Positions 40,287 through 49,034 of a stretch of DNA of 64,000 nucleotides are shown here, one piece after another. Position 1 is the stretch's first letter. Every line of letters starts with the position of its first letter. The notes beneath the pieces are model-generated. The model saw only the letters and a program-made list of their open reading frames with translations. It was not told where the DNA came from and did no database searches. Made by a program: the position numbers and the translations under genes. This DNA is from Blastocatellia bacterium (lineage in GTDB: Bacteria > Acidobacteriota > Blastocatellia > UBA7656 > JADIYM01): contig JBGAKX010000007.1 of the NCBI GenBank assembly GCA_044224215.1, positions 2,020 to 66,019 of the forward strand, given 5' to 3'.

Positions 40287-40665
40287 TCTGATCGCACAAT
40301 GACGGGTCCAGCAGCAGGAGGATTCCCGCTGGCTGATCGACCGTCTGGGGCACGGGCACTGCCTTGCGCGTATTGCGCGGACGCTTCTGGGCTGACCGGC
40401 TTCGGGATCGCGCCCGGTTGGCCGCCTTCGAACTGCCGTCACCACCCGTATCGTCGTCGCCAAACACCTTGAAGACCTTTACGCGAACTGCCAGGTCCGT
40501 GAGGTCCGGGCGGGTCGAGAGGGATTTCGACGACCGACCGTCGAGCCCGGCGTGGGATGCGCCTCGTGCAAACGACGCCGTTTCGCCATGAGCCGAGACG
40601 GCTGCAAGCACGCACACGAGGAGCGCCGACGCCGCCTGACCGATCGATGCGAAACGGATTCTCAT
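40276..40665 (-). CDS. small secreted low-complexity protein, hypothetical
   Basis: Signal peptide MRIRFASIGQAASALLVCVLAAVSAHG. It overlaps the HD-GYP stop convergently by 11 nt and could be spurious. Confidence 0.3.
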   Translation of the reverse strand: MRIRFASIGQAASALLVCVLAAVSAHGETASFARGASHAGLDGRSSKSLSTRPDLTDLAVRVKVFKVFGDDDTGGDGSSKAANRARSRSRSAQKRPRNTRKAVPVPQTVDQPAGILLLLDPSLCDQIKM

Positions 40666-40798
40666 AAACAGTTCCGGGAGTATAGAACGAATCGCCCTCC
40701 AGTCTCTAACACACATTTGCTCCCGAGTGCGCCGATTCGACGTAAAATGTTGCAAAACAACGAGTACGGCCGAGATATTCGTTGCGACGCGTCCAGCA

Positions 40799-41785
40799 TC
40801 AACGCATCGCGAGCACGCCGGCGCCTTTCAATGTGCCCGTTCGCAGCGCTGCGAGCGCCTCGTTTGCCTGGAGAAGATCGTAGACCGTGACTTCGGTCCG
40901 AACCGGTACGCGCGGCGCCAGTTGCAAGAACTCCTCGCCGTCCTTGCGCGTCAGGTTCGCCACCGACCGCACCGTCCGTTCTCCCCACAATATCTCGTAT
41001 GGAAACGACGGGATGTCACTCATGTGAATCCCGGCGCAGACGACCGTCCCGCCCTTCGCCGTCATCCGCAGCGCAGCCGGGACCAGCTCGCCGGCCGGCG
41101 CAAAGATGATCGCCGCGTCGAGTTCCTCGGGCGGAGTCGTCGACGTGTCGCCTGCCCATTGTGCGCCAAGCGATAACGCGAATTCCTGACCGGCCCGGTC
41201 CCCGGGTCGTGTAAACGCAAATACGCGCCGGCCCTGATGACTCGCCACCTGAACGAGGATGTGGGCCGCCGCGCCAAACCCAAAGAAGCCGATCCGTTCG
41301 CCTTCGCCTGCAATGGTCAGGGCCCGGTACCCGATCAGGCCTGCGCAGAGCAGCGGCGCAGCGGCGAGATCGCCAAATGCGTCGGGTATCGGAAAGCAGA
41401 AGCGTGCATCGGCCACCGCATACTCCGCATAGCCGCCATCGATGTCGTAGCCGGTGAAGCGCGCCTGATCGCACAGATTCTCGCGGCCGGACCGGCAGTA
41501 CCTGCACGCTCCGCACGTCCAGCCAAGCCACGGAATGCCGACACGCTGGCCCTCGCCGACCGTGTCGACACGGGTTCCGGTCGAGACGATCGTGCCGACG
41601 ATCTGGTGGCCCGGAATGAGCGGAAGCTTCGGATGTGTGAGCTCTCCGTCGAGAATGTGGAGATCGGTCCGGCAGATTCCGCACGCGTGAACTCGCAAGA
41701 GCGCCTGGTCGGGACCCGGCTCGGGAATGGTGACCGTGCACTCGACAAGACGCGCCCCGGGACCATCCATTCGCATTGCGCGCAT
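40799..41785 (-). CDS. zinc-dependent alcohol dehydrogenase (MDR family)
   Basis: GHQIVG (catalytic-zinc His), the CGACRYC structural-zinc motif and GFGAAAH in the NAD-binding site. Confidence 0.88.
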   Translation of the reverse strand: MRAMRMDGPGARLVECTVTIPEPGPDQALLRVHACGICRTDLHILDGELTHPKLPLIPGHQIVGTIVSTGTRVDTVGEGQRVGIPWLGWTCGACRYCRSGRENLCDQARFTGYDIDGGYAEYAVADARFCFPIPDAFGDLAAAPLLCAGLIGYRALTIAGEGERIGFFGFGAAAHILVQVASHQGRRVFAFTRPGDRAGQEFALSLGAQWAGDTSTTPPEELDAAIIFAPAGELVPAALRMTAKGGTVVCAGIHMSDIPSFPYEILWGERTVRSVANLTRKDGEEFLQLAPRVPVRTEVTVYDLLQANEALAALRTGTLKGAGVLAMR

Positions 41786-41998
41786 ATCGACCGTGTAGTG
41801 CACCCGGACGACATCCGTCAACCGCGCACAAACTTTTCACCGGTTCTTTCACACGACTCACACAAGTTTCTTTGAGCCGAGCCACGCGATTCTCCTAAAA
41901 AGCACTGAGTTCACGAGATTTCAACGTGCGGCACGCTTCTTGAAACACCGTTGCCGCGTACCCCCACGGCAACTCTTGCAGACCGGAAGGAGACCGAT

Positions 41999-42682
41999 AT
42001 GAGCGCTGTTCTCGAGAAGCTCGAGTCTTCACGCACGCGCACGAACCGGACACGAAAGACGAAGGAGGCTGCCCACCGCGACCTCCTCGTGACCAAGTAC
42101 AGGCCGTACGTGCTCAAGCTCGCGCGCGTGATTGCCGAGACGGTGCCGATACACGTCGAGTTGGACGACCTGATTGGCTGGGGCCATTGGGGGCTCATGG
42201 AAGCCGCAACCCGGTTTGATCCCGATCGCGGCGTTGCGTTCCGAACGTTTGCGCACCGGCGAATCGTCGGCGCGATGTACGACGGCCTTCGCCGCGAGCA
42301 AAGCGTCACGTCACGGCTGCCGTTGCCCGACGACGAGCTCCTCGGCCCCGGGAGCGTCCAGGTGGCGGACGGCGCATACGCGACCGAACCGATCTACTTC
42401 GGACCGCGCGCGATGCCCGGCGCAACGCCGTCGGCGGCGCATCAGGAGCACGAACTCCTGCTCGGCGAGTTGCAGGCGCAGCTCGCACGAGCGCTCAAGA
42501 CGTTGACGCCCCTCGAGCGGGCGATCATCCGGCAGCGGTATTTCAACGATCAACCTGTCCAGAAGCTGTGCAAGCGAACGCGATTCTCGAAGTCGTGGCT
42601 GTCGCGAGTGCACGGACGGGCGCTTGCGCGCCTCCGCGAAAGCATGGCCGAGGCTCAGCGTCACACGGTGAGCGGCAAATGA
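41999..42682 (+). CDS. sigma-70-family sigma factor, FliA/sigma-28-like (group 3)
   Basis: Region 2 (YRPYVLKLARVIA...DDLIGWGHWGLMEAATRFDP) and region 4 (LTPLERAIIRQRYFNDQPVQKL) are present; there is no region 1. It is the first gene of the T3SS operon. GGAAGGAGA ribosome-binding site. Confidence 0.75.
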   Translation: MSAVLEKLESSRTRTNRTRKTKEAAHRDLLVTKYRPYVLKLARVIAETVPIHVELDDLIGWGHWGLMEAATRFDPDRGVAFRTFAHRRIVGAMYDGLRREQSVTSRLPLPDDELLGPGSVQVADGAYATEPIYFGPRAMPGATPSAAHQEHELLLGELQAQLARALKTLTPLERAIIRQRYFNDQPVQKLCKRTRFSKSWLSRVHGRALARLRESMAEAQRHTVSGK

Positions 42683-42996
42683 GCGGCCCGATCTCACGCA
42701 CTCAGGCACCGACGTCGCACGTTGGTCAGCGCGCGAACGGGCTCGCCGGGGCCGAGCGCTTGGCCCAAAACACGCCACCGCACACGTCGTTTGCCGCGAC
42801 GCTCGAGCGTGCGACGCGCGCGCTCGAATCGCCCGTCGCGTCGGCCGCCCGCGCCTCCGGCCCGACATCGCCGATGGCGGAAGCCATCGAGCTCCAGGCG
42901 CGCGTCTACCGGGACGCGGAGCGTATCGAGCTTGCGTCCAAACTGCTCGACCACGCGGTCGGGGCCGTGAAGACGGTGCTCCAGACGAGGGTGTGA
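42679..42996 (+). CDS. sctI: small protein in the sctI (inner rod) / fliE position, 105 aa
   Basis: Its position immediately before sctJ matches yscI, and its size is similar. Sequence similarity to SctI or FliE is weak. The ATGA overlaps the sigma-factor stop. Confidence 0.4.
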   Translation: MSGPISRTQAPTSHVGQRANGLAGAERLAQNTPPHTSFAATLERATRALESPVASAARASGPTSPMAEAIELQARVYRDAERIELASKLLDHAVGAVKTVLQTRV

Positions 42997-43769
42997 TGCT
43001 CACACCGGTACCGAAACTCGCGACGTTGCTCATCGCGCTCGCGCAATGCGGCCTCGTGGCGTGCGGCGGCCGCGCGTTGCTCAGCGAGCTGACCCCCTCC
43101 GAGGCCGAGCGATGTTCGGTCGTGCTGCGGTCGGCGGGACTCGACGTGACGGTCGAGCGGGACGACAGCGGCGGAGATGCAGGCCGCCGGCTCACCCTGC
43201 GCGGCGACGAGGCCGATTATCGAACCGCGTTGCGTGTCCTCGAAGAACACAACCTTCCGCATCGGACGGCTCCTGGATTCTCGACGGAAACATCGGCACT
43301 GATTCCGACGGCGACCGAGGAGCGCGCGCGGTTCATCAAGGGGCTTTCAGGTGAGATCGAAGCGATGATCGAGAGCGTCGACGGCGTCGTCGACGCCGAG
43401 GCTCTCGTGAGCATCCCCGAACGTCGCGCGCTTGCGGGCCCCGAAGCCGAGGCGGCGTCTGCATCGGTCGTGGTGTCGCATACGGGCACGACGCCTCCTA
43501 TATCGACGGACGAGATCCGAGCGCTGGTCGTGCAATGTGTCGGGTCGGCGCTGAGCGCCGATCACGTCACCGTGCTGCTGAAGCCGATCGTCCGGCCGGA
43601 CACCGCGGCGCCGATCGTTCGCTACCAGCGCGATCACATGGTCGAGCTGGGATTCCTGGGATGCGTGACGTGCCTCGGAGCCATGGAGCTCGTCACGCTC
43701 TTCTACCTGCGGCGCGAGCGCGGCCGCGTGCGAATCCTGGAGGCCACGGGCGATGATCGATCAGCGTGA
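42993..43769 (+). CDS. sctJ: T3SS inner-membrane-ring lipoprotein SctJ (YscJ/PrgK/EscJ family)
   Basis: Lipobox LAQCGLVAC, a YscJ/FliF-family periplasmic domain of about 200 aa, and a single C-terminal transmembrane segment with a short cytoplasmic tail. The size is that of SctJ (about 250 aa), not FliF (about 550 aa). Confidence 0.8.
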   Translation: MMLTPVPKLATLLIALAQCGLVACGGRALLSELTPSEAERCSVVLRSAGLDVTVERDDSGGDAGRRLTLRGDEADYRTALRVLEEHNLPHRTAPGFSTETSALIPTATEERARFIKGLSGEIEAMIESVDGVVDAEALVSIPERRALAGPEAEAASASVVVSHTGTTPPISTDEIRALVVQCVGSALSADHVTVLLKPIVRPDTAAPIVRYQRDHMVELGFLGCVTCLGAMELVTLFYLRRERGRVRILEATGDDRSA

Positions 43770-44541
43770 CAGCGTGTCGGCGCTCCTCGAGCTGGCGTCA
43801 CAGGCAACCACGGACGGCGTTCGGGCGACCGCGCTCCGCCGCATCGAGGCGCTCGCCGATGCCGAGCTCGATCGTGCGCGCTGCACAGCGAACGTTGCTG
43901 CGATGCGAGAGGCGCTCAGGCCCGCCGTGCATTCGCTGGCACACCATCGCGTTGTCGTGGAGCTGCTCGATGCGCGCCGCACGGGAGGTCAACGCGACAG
44001 GCAGCCCGCGCACGGTTGCCCGGACACCTCGATGGTCGATCGCTTTGTACGAAACGCGCTGACGCTCGGCGTGCCGCGTCTTCGACGATCGTCGCGTCCC
44101 GCGGATGCTCGCGACGCCCGCTGCTGGCGCACTCTCGCGAGCGCCCCGCCGGCAGAGGTCGACAGTCTGGCTCGCGACGCCGGATGTCTCGCGTGCGCCG
44201 TGCTGCTCAGAGACCTCGAGCGAGCGCGCGCACTCAGGTTTCTCGAGCTACTCGGCGAGGAACGCGCAGAGCTCGGCCGGCTTGCGCAGTTCGTACCACC
44301 TCCCGATGACGGTCTTGCACGGTGGACGCTCGAGCTTGTGACCGAGCTTGGCTCCCAAGCGCACGGCGACGCGCTCGCAACGATAGGCGGCGCCCTCATC
44401 CGGTCACTGACAGCCGCGATGGAGCCCGATGTCGGGGCGGCATTGCAGCGCCGGATCGGGCCGCCGGTTCTGTCGACAGCGCCGACACCGCCCGAGTGGC
44501 ACGACGCGGTTCGCCGTCTCGTCGAGGCGAGCAACCCGTGA
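43753..44541 (+). CDS. hypothetical protein in the sctK position
   Basis: Lies between sctJ and sctL, as yscK does. It has no recognisable motif, consistent with SctK being poorly conserved. Confidence 0.45.
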   Translation: MIDQRDSVSALLELASQATTDGVRATALRRIEALADAELDRARCTANVAAMREALRPAVHSLAHHRVVVELLDARRTGGQRDRQPAHGCPDTSMVDRFVRNALTLGVPRLRRSSRPADARDARCWRTLASAPPAEVDSLARDAGCLACAVLLRDLERARALRFLELLGEERAELGRLAQFVPPPDDGLARWTLELVTELGSQAHGDALATIGGALIRSLTAAMEPDVGAALQRRIGPPVLSTAPTPPEWHDAVRRLVEASNP

Positions 44542-44549
44542 CCATCCCG

Positions 44550-45181
44550 ATGCGCATCGAGGTCGTCCGCCGATCGTCGGACCCGCCAGACGTCGGGCGC
44601 GCCGCGGCCTCGCGCGCCTTCGTCTCCGCTCAGCGGGCACGTGCGCGCGCGGAGGCGAGCGCGACGCTGCAGACCGCGGCCGAAACCGCCAGCCGGCACA
44701 TCGAACGGGCGCGTGCCGAGGCGGAGGCACTGCGCGACGCCGCGCGCGTCGAAGGCCACGTCGACGGTGAACGCCCGCGCGTGCCGCCCTCGAACTGGCG
44801 GAGAGTCGCGCCCGCCTTCTGGGAAACCTCGAGCGAGATTGTGTAACGCTGGCGCTCGAGATCGCGCGACAGATTGTCGGGACTGCAGTCGCGGTGGATC
44901 GCGGTCTCGTCGATGCCATTGCCGAGCGCGTGTGTGTCCCGCTCAAGCGTGACGGCGTGCTCACCGTGCGTGTGTCGCGCGACGACGTGGATCGGATCGA
45001 CCCGATCCGCGAGCGACTCGCGCAGGCCGGACCCGTCACGATCGAAATCGATCCGACACTCTCGTCCGGCGAATGCGTCGCCGAATGCGCTGGCGTTCGC
45101 GTCGATGGACGGCTGGATGTCCAGCTTGCCGCGTTCGAGCAGCGCCTGCTCGAACGACCCTCCAGCGGGGGCCGGCAATGA
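44550..45181 (+). CDS. sctL: T3SS stator protein SctL (FliH/YscL family), interrupted by a -1 frameshift near 44765-44780
   Basis: The N-terminal Ala/Glu/Arg-rich part (RARARAEASATLQTAAETASRHIERARAEAEALRDAARVEG) is in frame 0, which ends at 44846. The FliH-type C-terminal domain (ARAALELAESRARLLGNLERDCVTLALEIARQIV...VRVDGRLDVQLAAFEQRL) is in frame 2, open from 44771 to 45181. Confidence 0.65.
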
Positions 45182-46458
45182 GCGAGTTCAACGCCCAGCG
45201 ATTGCTCGACCGCCTTGGCGCGCCGCATCACGTCGACGTTCGCGGCTCCGTGCGGAGCGCCGTCGGTCTGGTTCTGCGCGCAGCCGTGCCCGATGCGTCG
45301 ATCGGCGAGCTGTGCGAGGTCCACTCGCACGGTTCCAGCGAGGCCCTGGTTGCGGAGGTCGTCGGCTTTCGCTCAACTGAAGCGCTGCTCATGCCGCTCG
45401 GCGATCTGCGGGGAATCGGGTCGAATAGCCTCGTCCGCCGGCTCGGCCGGACACTGTCGGTTCCCGCCGCCGGATCGCTGATCGGACGCGTGCTCGACGG
45501 CCTTGGCAGGCCCGCCGACGGCAGACCTCTCGCCGATGCCGGCGATCGGTGGCCGGTCCATCGCGCGGCGCCAAATCCGCTCGAGCGGCAGCCCGTATGC
45601 GAGCCATTCCACACGGGTGTTCGGGCGATCGACGGTCTGCTGACGGTTGGCGTCGGCCAGCGCATGGGAATCTTCGCCGGGGCGGGAGTCGGCAAGAGCA
45701 CCCTGCTCGGAATGATCGCGCGGAACGCCCCCTCGGACGTCGTCGTGATCGGCCTGGTCGGCGAGCGCGGACGCGAGGTTCGCGAATTCCTCGAATCGGA
45801 TCTCGGCGAGGACGCGCGCTCGCGATCGGTCACCATCGTGGCGACGAGCGATCAGCCCCCGATCGTTCGTTTGAAGGCCGCGTACGTCGCGACGTCGATT
45901 GCCGAGCAGTTCAGGGCGCAGGGGCTTCGCGTGCTGTTTCTGCTCGATTCGATCACGCGTTTTGCGCGCGCCCTTCGCGAGGTAGGCCTCGCGGCCGGTG
46001 AGCCCCCCGCCCGCGCAGGCTATCCGCCGTCGGTCTTTGCCGAACTGCCGCGGCTGCTCGAGCGAACCGGGAATGACGGATGCGGTGCGATCACCGCGTT
46101 CTATACCGTGCTCGTGGAGGGCGACGATCACGGCGAGCCCGTTGCGGACGAGACGCGCTCGATTCTCGACGGGCACATCGTGCTCTCTGCCGAGCGCGCG
46201 GCGCGCGATGTCTTTCCCGCAATAGACATTGGCCGAAGTGCGAGCAGGACGATGGCGCGCGTTGTCGACGATCTCCACGGGGACGCCGCGCGGGCCGTTC
46301 GCGGGTTGCTGGCAACGTACGAGCGCGAGCGGGACCTGTTGATCCTGGGAGCGTACGAAACCGGCACAGATCAACGAATCGACGACGCGGTCGCGAAGAT
46401 CGACCGGATTGAAGCATTTCTTCAGCAGCGTCCGAACGAGCGCAATGCTTTGCCGTAA
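45178..46458 (+). CDS. sctN: T3SS ATPase SctN (FliI/YscN family)
   Basis: Walker A GAGVGKST, Walker B LLDSITRFA and full F1/T3SS-ATPase collinearity. The ATGA overlaps the sctL stop. Confidence 0.92.
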   Translation: MSEFNAQRLLDRLGAPHHVDVRGSVRSAVGLVLRAAVPDASIGELCEVHSHGSSEALVAEVVGFRSTEALLMPLGDLRGIGSNSLVRRLGRTLSVPAAGSLIGRVLDGLGRPADGRPLADAGDRWPVHRAAPNPLERQPVCEPFHTGVRAIDGLLTVGVGQRMGIFAGAGVGKSTLLGMIARNAPSDVVVIGLVGERGREVREFLESDLGEDARSRSVTIVATSDQPPIVRLKAAYVATSIAEQFRAQGLRVLFLLDSITRFARALREVGLAAGEPPARAGYPPSVFAELPRLLERTGNDGCGAITAFYTVLVEGDDHGEPVADETRSILDGHIVLSAERAARDVFPAIDIGRSASRTMARVVDDLHGDAARAVRGLLATYERERDLLILGAYETGTDQRIDDAVAKIDRIEAFLQQRPNERNALP

Positions 46459-46485
46459 CGCGCGAGGAAGCTCGTTGAGCTCGCG

Positions 46486-46569
46486 ATGCCCGACACTCTC
46501 GACGACGGCGAGATCGATCCGCTCGACGATCCGTTCGGGACAGCCGACGATGACGCGGAGGTCGGATGA
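46486..46569 (+). CDS. tiny acidic ORF (27 aa) coupled to sctO; doubtful
   Basis: MPDTLDDGEIDPLDDPFGTADDDAEVG. Its stop overlaps the sctO ATG (ATGA). Confidence 0.15.
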   Translation: MPDTLDDGEIDPLDDPFGTADDDAEVG

Positions 46570-47054
46570 CGCGCGTCGGCTACAGGCTCGACGTCCTGGT
46601 TCGTCTCGCCGAGATCGGACACCGGCGCGCAGCGTGCTCGTTTGCGGCGGCGGCGGCAGTCGCGCGATCGCACGCCGATCGCGCGGCGCGGCTCGGCGCG
46701 GAAGCTCGCCCGCGCGCCCGAGACGCTGCCACGATGGATGCCGACACGGGCGCATACCGGACCGTTGACGCGCGGCGTCGCAGCGACGCTCACGTGAGGC
46801 TAGAGACCGGACGAGCCGCGCGCGTGGAGGATGATCTCGCCCGGGCGTCCGATCTCGCCGCGCTCGCGCATGTGCGCGTCGCCGAACTTCGGCAGGAGCT
46901 TGGACGTGCCTCGCGCGATGCCCGGCTTCAAGAAGCGCTCAGGGACGCTGCGATGTCACGGATGAGTGCGGAACGGCAACGTCGCGAGGCGCGTCGTGCA
47001 AACGCCGACGCACTCGATGCGTGGTGCGCACGGAGGATCGCAGATGACGATTGA
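46566..47054 (+). CDS. sctO: T3SS stalk protein SctO (YscO/FliJ-like coiled coil)
   Basis: About 160 aa, Arg/Ala/Glu-rich coiled coil, located between sctN and sctP as yscO is. Confidence 0.6.
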   Translation: MTRVGYRLDVLVRLAEIGHRRAACSFAAAAAVARSHADRAARLGAEARPRARDAATMDADTGAYRTVDARRRSDAHVRLETGRAARVEDDLARASDLAALAHVRVAELRQELGRASRDARLQEALRDAAMSRMSAERQRREARRANADALDAWCARRIADDD

Positions 47055-47589
47055 GTCCGACGGACGACCGGATCAGGTTGCGGCTTCGAGGAGCGCGGAA
47101 CTCGGCGATCCGAACGCCGGCTGCGACGGCGCGTTTGCGGATGTGTTGTCCACGCGCCTCCGCGCCGGGCGACGACGCCGATCGAAGAGTTCAATGCGGC
47201 CGATGCGCGCGCCCGAACCCGGGTGCTTGCGAGCCTCGAGTCCATTCAGCGGCCCGCACGGTCCCGCAACCGACACGACGAGCGATCCGGCAGCGCGCGT
47301 CGAACGCGTGCTGCGAGCCTTCGCGCTCGGGAACCTGGAGCAGGCCGCGACGGATCCCAGTCTGCGACTCCCGACATCGGACGGTTCCGTCGTCGCGATT
47401 CGGGTCGAGCGGTCCGCCGAGGGGCTGTGCGTCACGCTCGAATCCTCCCAGCGATGGGTCGCCGCGCTGGCCGGCTCGATCCCCGGGATGCTGGCGCGTC
47501 TGAACACCGCCGGAGGTCGCGTCCTTCGCATTCGTACCGTCGTAGCTCGAAAGCTCGTTCCACGCGAACGTCAGGAGCACCGCCGATGA
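47044..47589 (+). CDS. hypothetical protein in the sctP (length-control / FliK-like) position
   Basis: Positional inference only. SctP proteins are poorly conserved. Confidence 0.4.
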   Translation: MTIESDGRPDQVAASRSAELGDPNAGCDGAFADVLSTRLRAGRRRRSKSSMRPMRAPEPGCLRASSPFSGPHGPATDTTSDPAARVERVLRAFALGNLEQAATDPSLRLPTSDGSVVAIRVERSAEGLCVTLESSQRWVAALAGSIPGMLARLNTAGGRVLRIRTVVARKLVPRERQEHRR

Positions 47590-49034
47590 CCGCCCTTGAA
47601 CGAGCGCACGACACAGGGCTCAACGTGCGAGACGAGACGACACGCCTGTCGGTGCGTGTCATCGGCCCTGACGAAGCCCGCTTTCTTCGCGCCGTGGCGG
47701 AACTGCAATTTCCACCGGGACTTGCGAGCGAAGTCGCGCGGGCGGCATGCGAGGCGATCGGCCCGTTGCGGCCGTCCGTGGGGCGTCCGCTCGTCACACT
47801 CGACCTTGCAGACCGTCAGCTCGAGATGGCCCCGGACGAGACGACGTTTGCCGACGACGCGCTCGATCCGTCACGTCACGGCGTCGAGATCCGCCGGGGG
47901 CGCACAGGCCCACGGCTCGTCCGCATTGGTGACGGGCAGGTCCGCCGAAACGGCTGGCCCATTCCCCGGCTTGTCCCGACAAGTCTCGATCACGGCGACG
48001 TCGTTTCGACGCCCGATGGAATGTTCGTCGTGCGGTTGTCGCCGCGGTCCGCACGCGGACCCGTGGCTGTGCGCTCGGTGCGTCATCTTTCCGAGAGGAT
48101 TCCCGGCTGGCCCGAGTTCGCGTTTGTCGTCGAGCCGTCCGGGGCGCCGCTTGTGCTCGCGATCGACAGGCCGACGTGCCGCGCCCTCGTCGACGTCGCG
48201 CTCGATGGCGACGGCGGTCGCGCATTTGACGCGACCCTGCTGGGCGATGTCGAACACGCAGTTGTCAGTTGGACCGTCCACCGCATCGCCAATGCCGTGT
48301 CGGTGCATGTCTTTCACGGCGCGGTCACATTCGCGCCTGCAGACGACGCCGCTGTCGAGTCGCCGATCGCGTGTGTCGCGACGGTACGTGTCGGTGGATA
48401 CTCAGGCGTCGTCCAGTTGGCAACGACCGTCACTGGAGTGAAGGCGATGGCAGCCGCGCTGTCGCCCCACACGCGCGACGCGCGCCGGCGGAACCCCGTG
48501 CTTCGCGCGATCGCAACCACCGTATCCGCACGCATCCCGATCGGCCGCATCACGGCGCGTGAACTGGCGTCGATCGAGGTTGGCGATCATTTCGTGTGTC
48601 GACACGCGCCATGGCGAAACGACGTTGTACGCGAGATCGAAGGCGTCGTCGTCGTTTGCGACACCGGCGTCGCGGCGCCCGTGCACCTCGTCTGGGACGA
48701 CGGCGGACTGCAGGTGCTCGTCGCGGGATCAGTGACCATAGGAGGAACCGAAGCGATGAACGCCGAAACAACGGCCACAACTGTCGATCCGAGCGATCCG
48801 TTCGCATCCGTGATGGACGACGTTCGGGTTACCGTCTCGGTCGAGCTTGCACAGCGTCGCATCACGTTGGCCGAGTTGCTCAACGTTCGCGACGGAAGCG
48901 TGATCGAGTTTGGCACGCCCCTCGCGACCGACGTCGCGCTGATGATCGACGGCTCGATCTTTGCTCGCGGCGAAATCGTGTCCGTCGAAGGCGCGCTGGG
49001 TGTGCGGATCACGTCGCTCGGAGGACGGCGATGA
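47586..49034 (+). CDS. sctQ: T3SS cytoplasmic sorting-platform protein SctQ (FliM/FliN-like, C-terminal SpoA domain)
   Basis: C-terminal SpoA/FliN domain VRVTVSVELAQRRITLAELLNVRDGSVIEFGTPLATDVALMIDGSIFARGEIVSVEGALGVRITSL. The ATGA overlaps the sctP stop. Confidence 0.8.
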   Translation: MTALERAHDTGLNVRDETTRLSVRVIGPDEARFLRAVAELQFPPGLASEVARAACEAIGPLRPSVGRPLVTLDLADRQLEMAPDETTFADDALDPSRHGVEIRRGRTGPRLVRIGDGQVRRNGWPIPRLVPTSLDHGDVVSTPDGMFVVRLSPRSARGPVAVRSVRHLSERIPGWPEFAFVVEPSGAPLVLAIDRPTCRALVDVALDGDGGRAFDATLLGDVEHAVVSWTVHRIANAVSVHVFHGAVTFAPADDAAVESPIACVATVRVGGYSGVVQLATTVTGVKAMAAALSPHTRDARRRNPVLRAIATTVSARIPIGRITARELASIEVGDHFVCRHAPWRNDVVREIEGVVVVCDTGVAAPVHLVWDDGGLQVLVAGSVTIGGTEAMNAETTATTVDPSDPFASVMDDVRVTVSVELAQRRITLAELLNVRDGSVIEFGTPLATDVALMIDGSIFARGEIVSVEGALGVRITSLGGRR

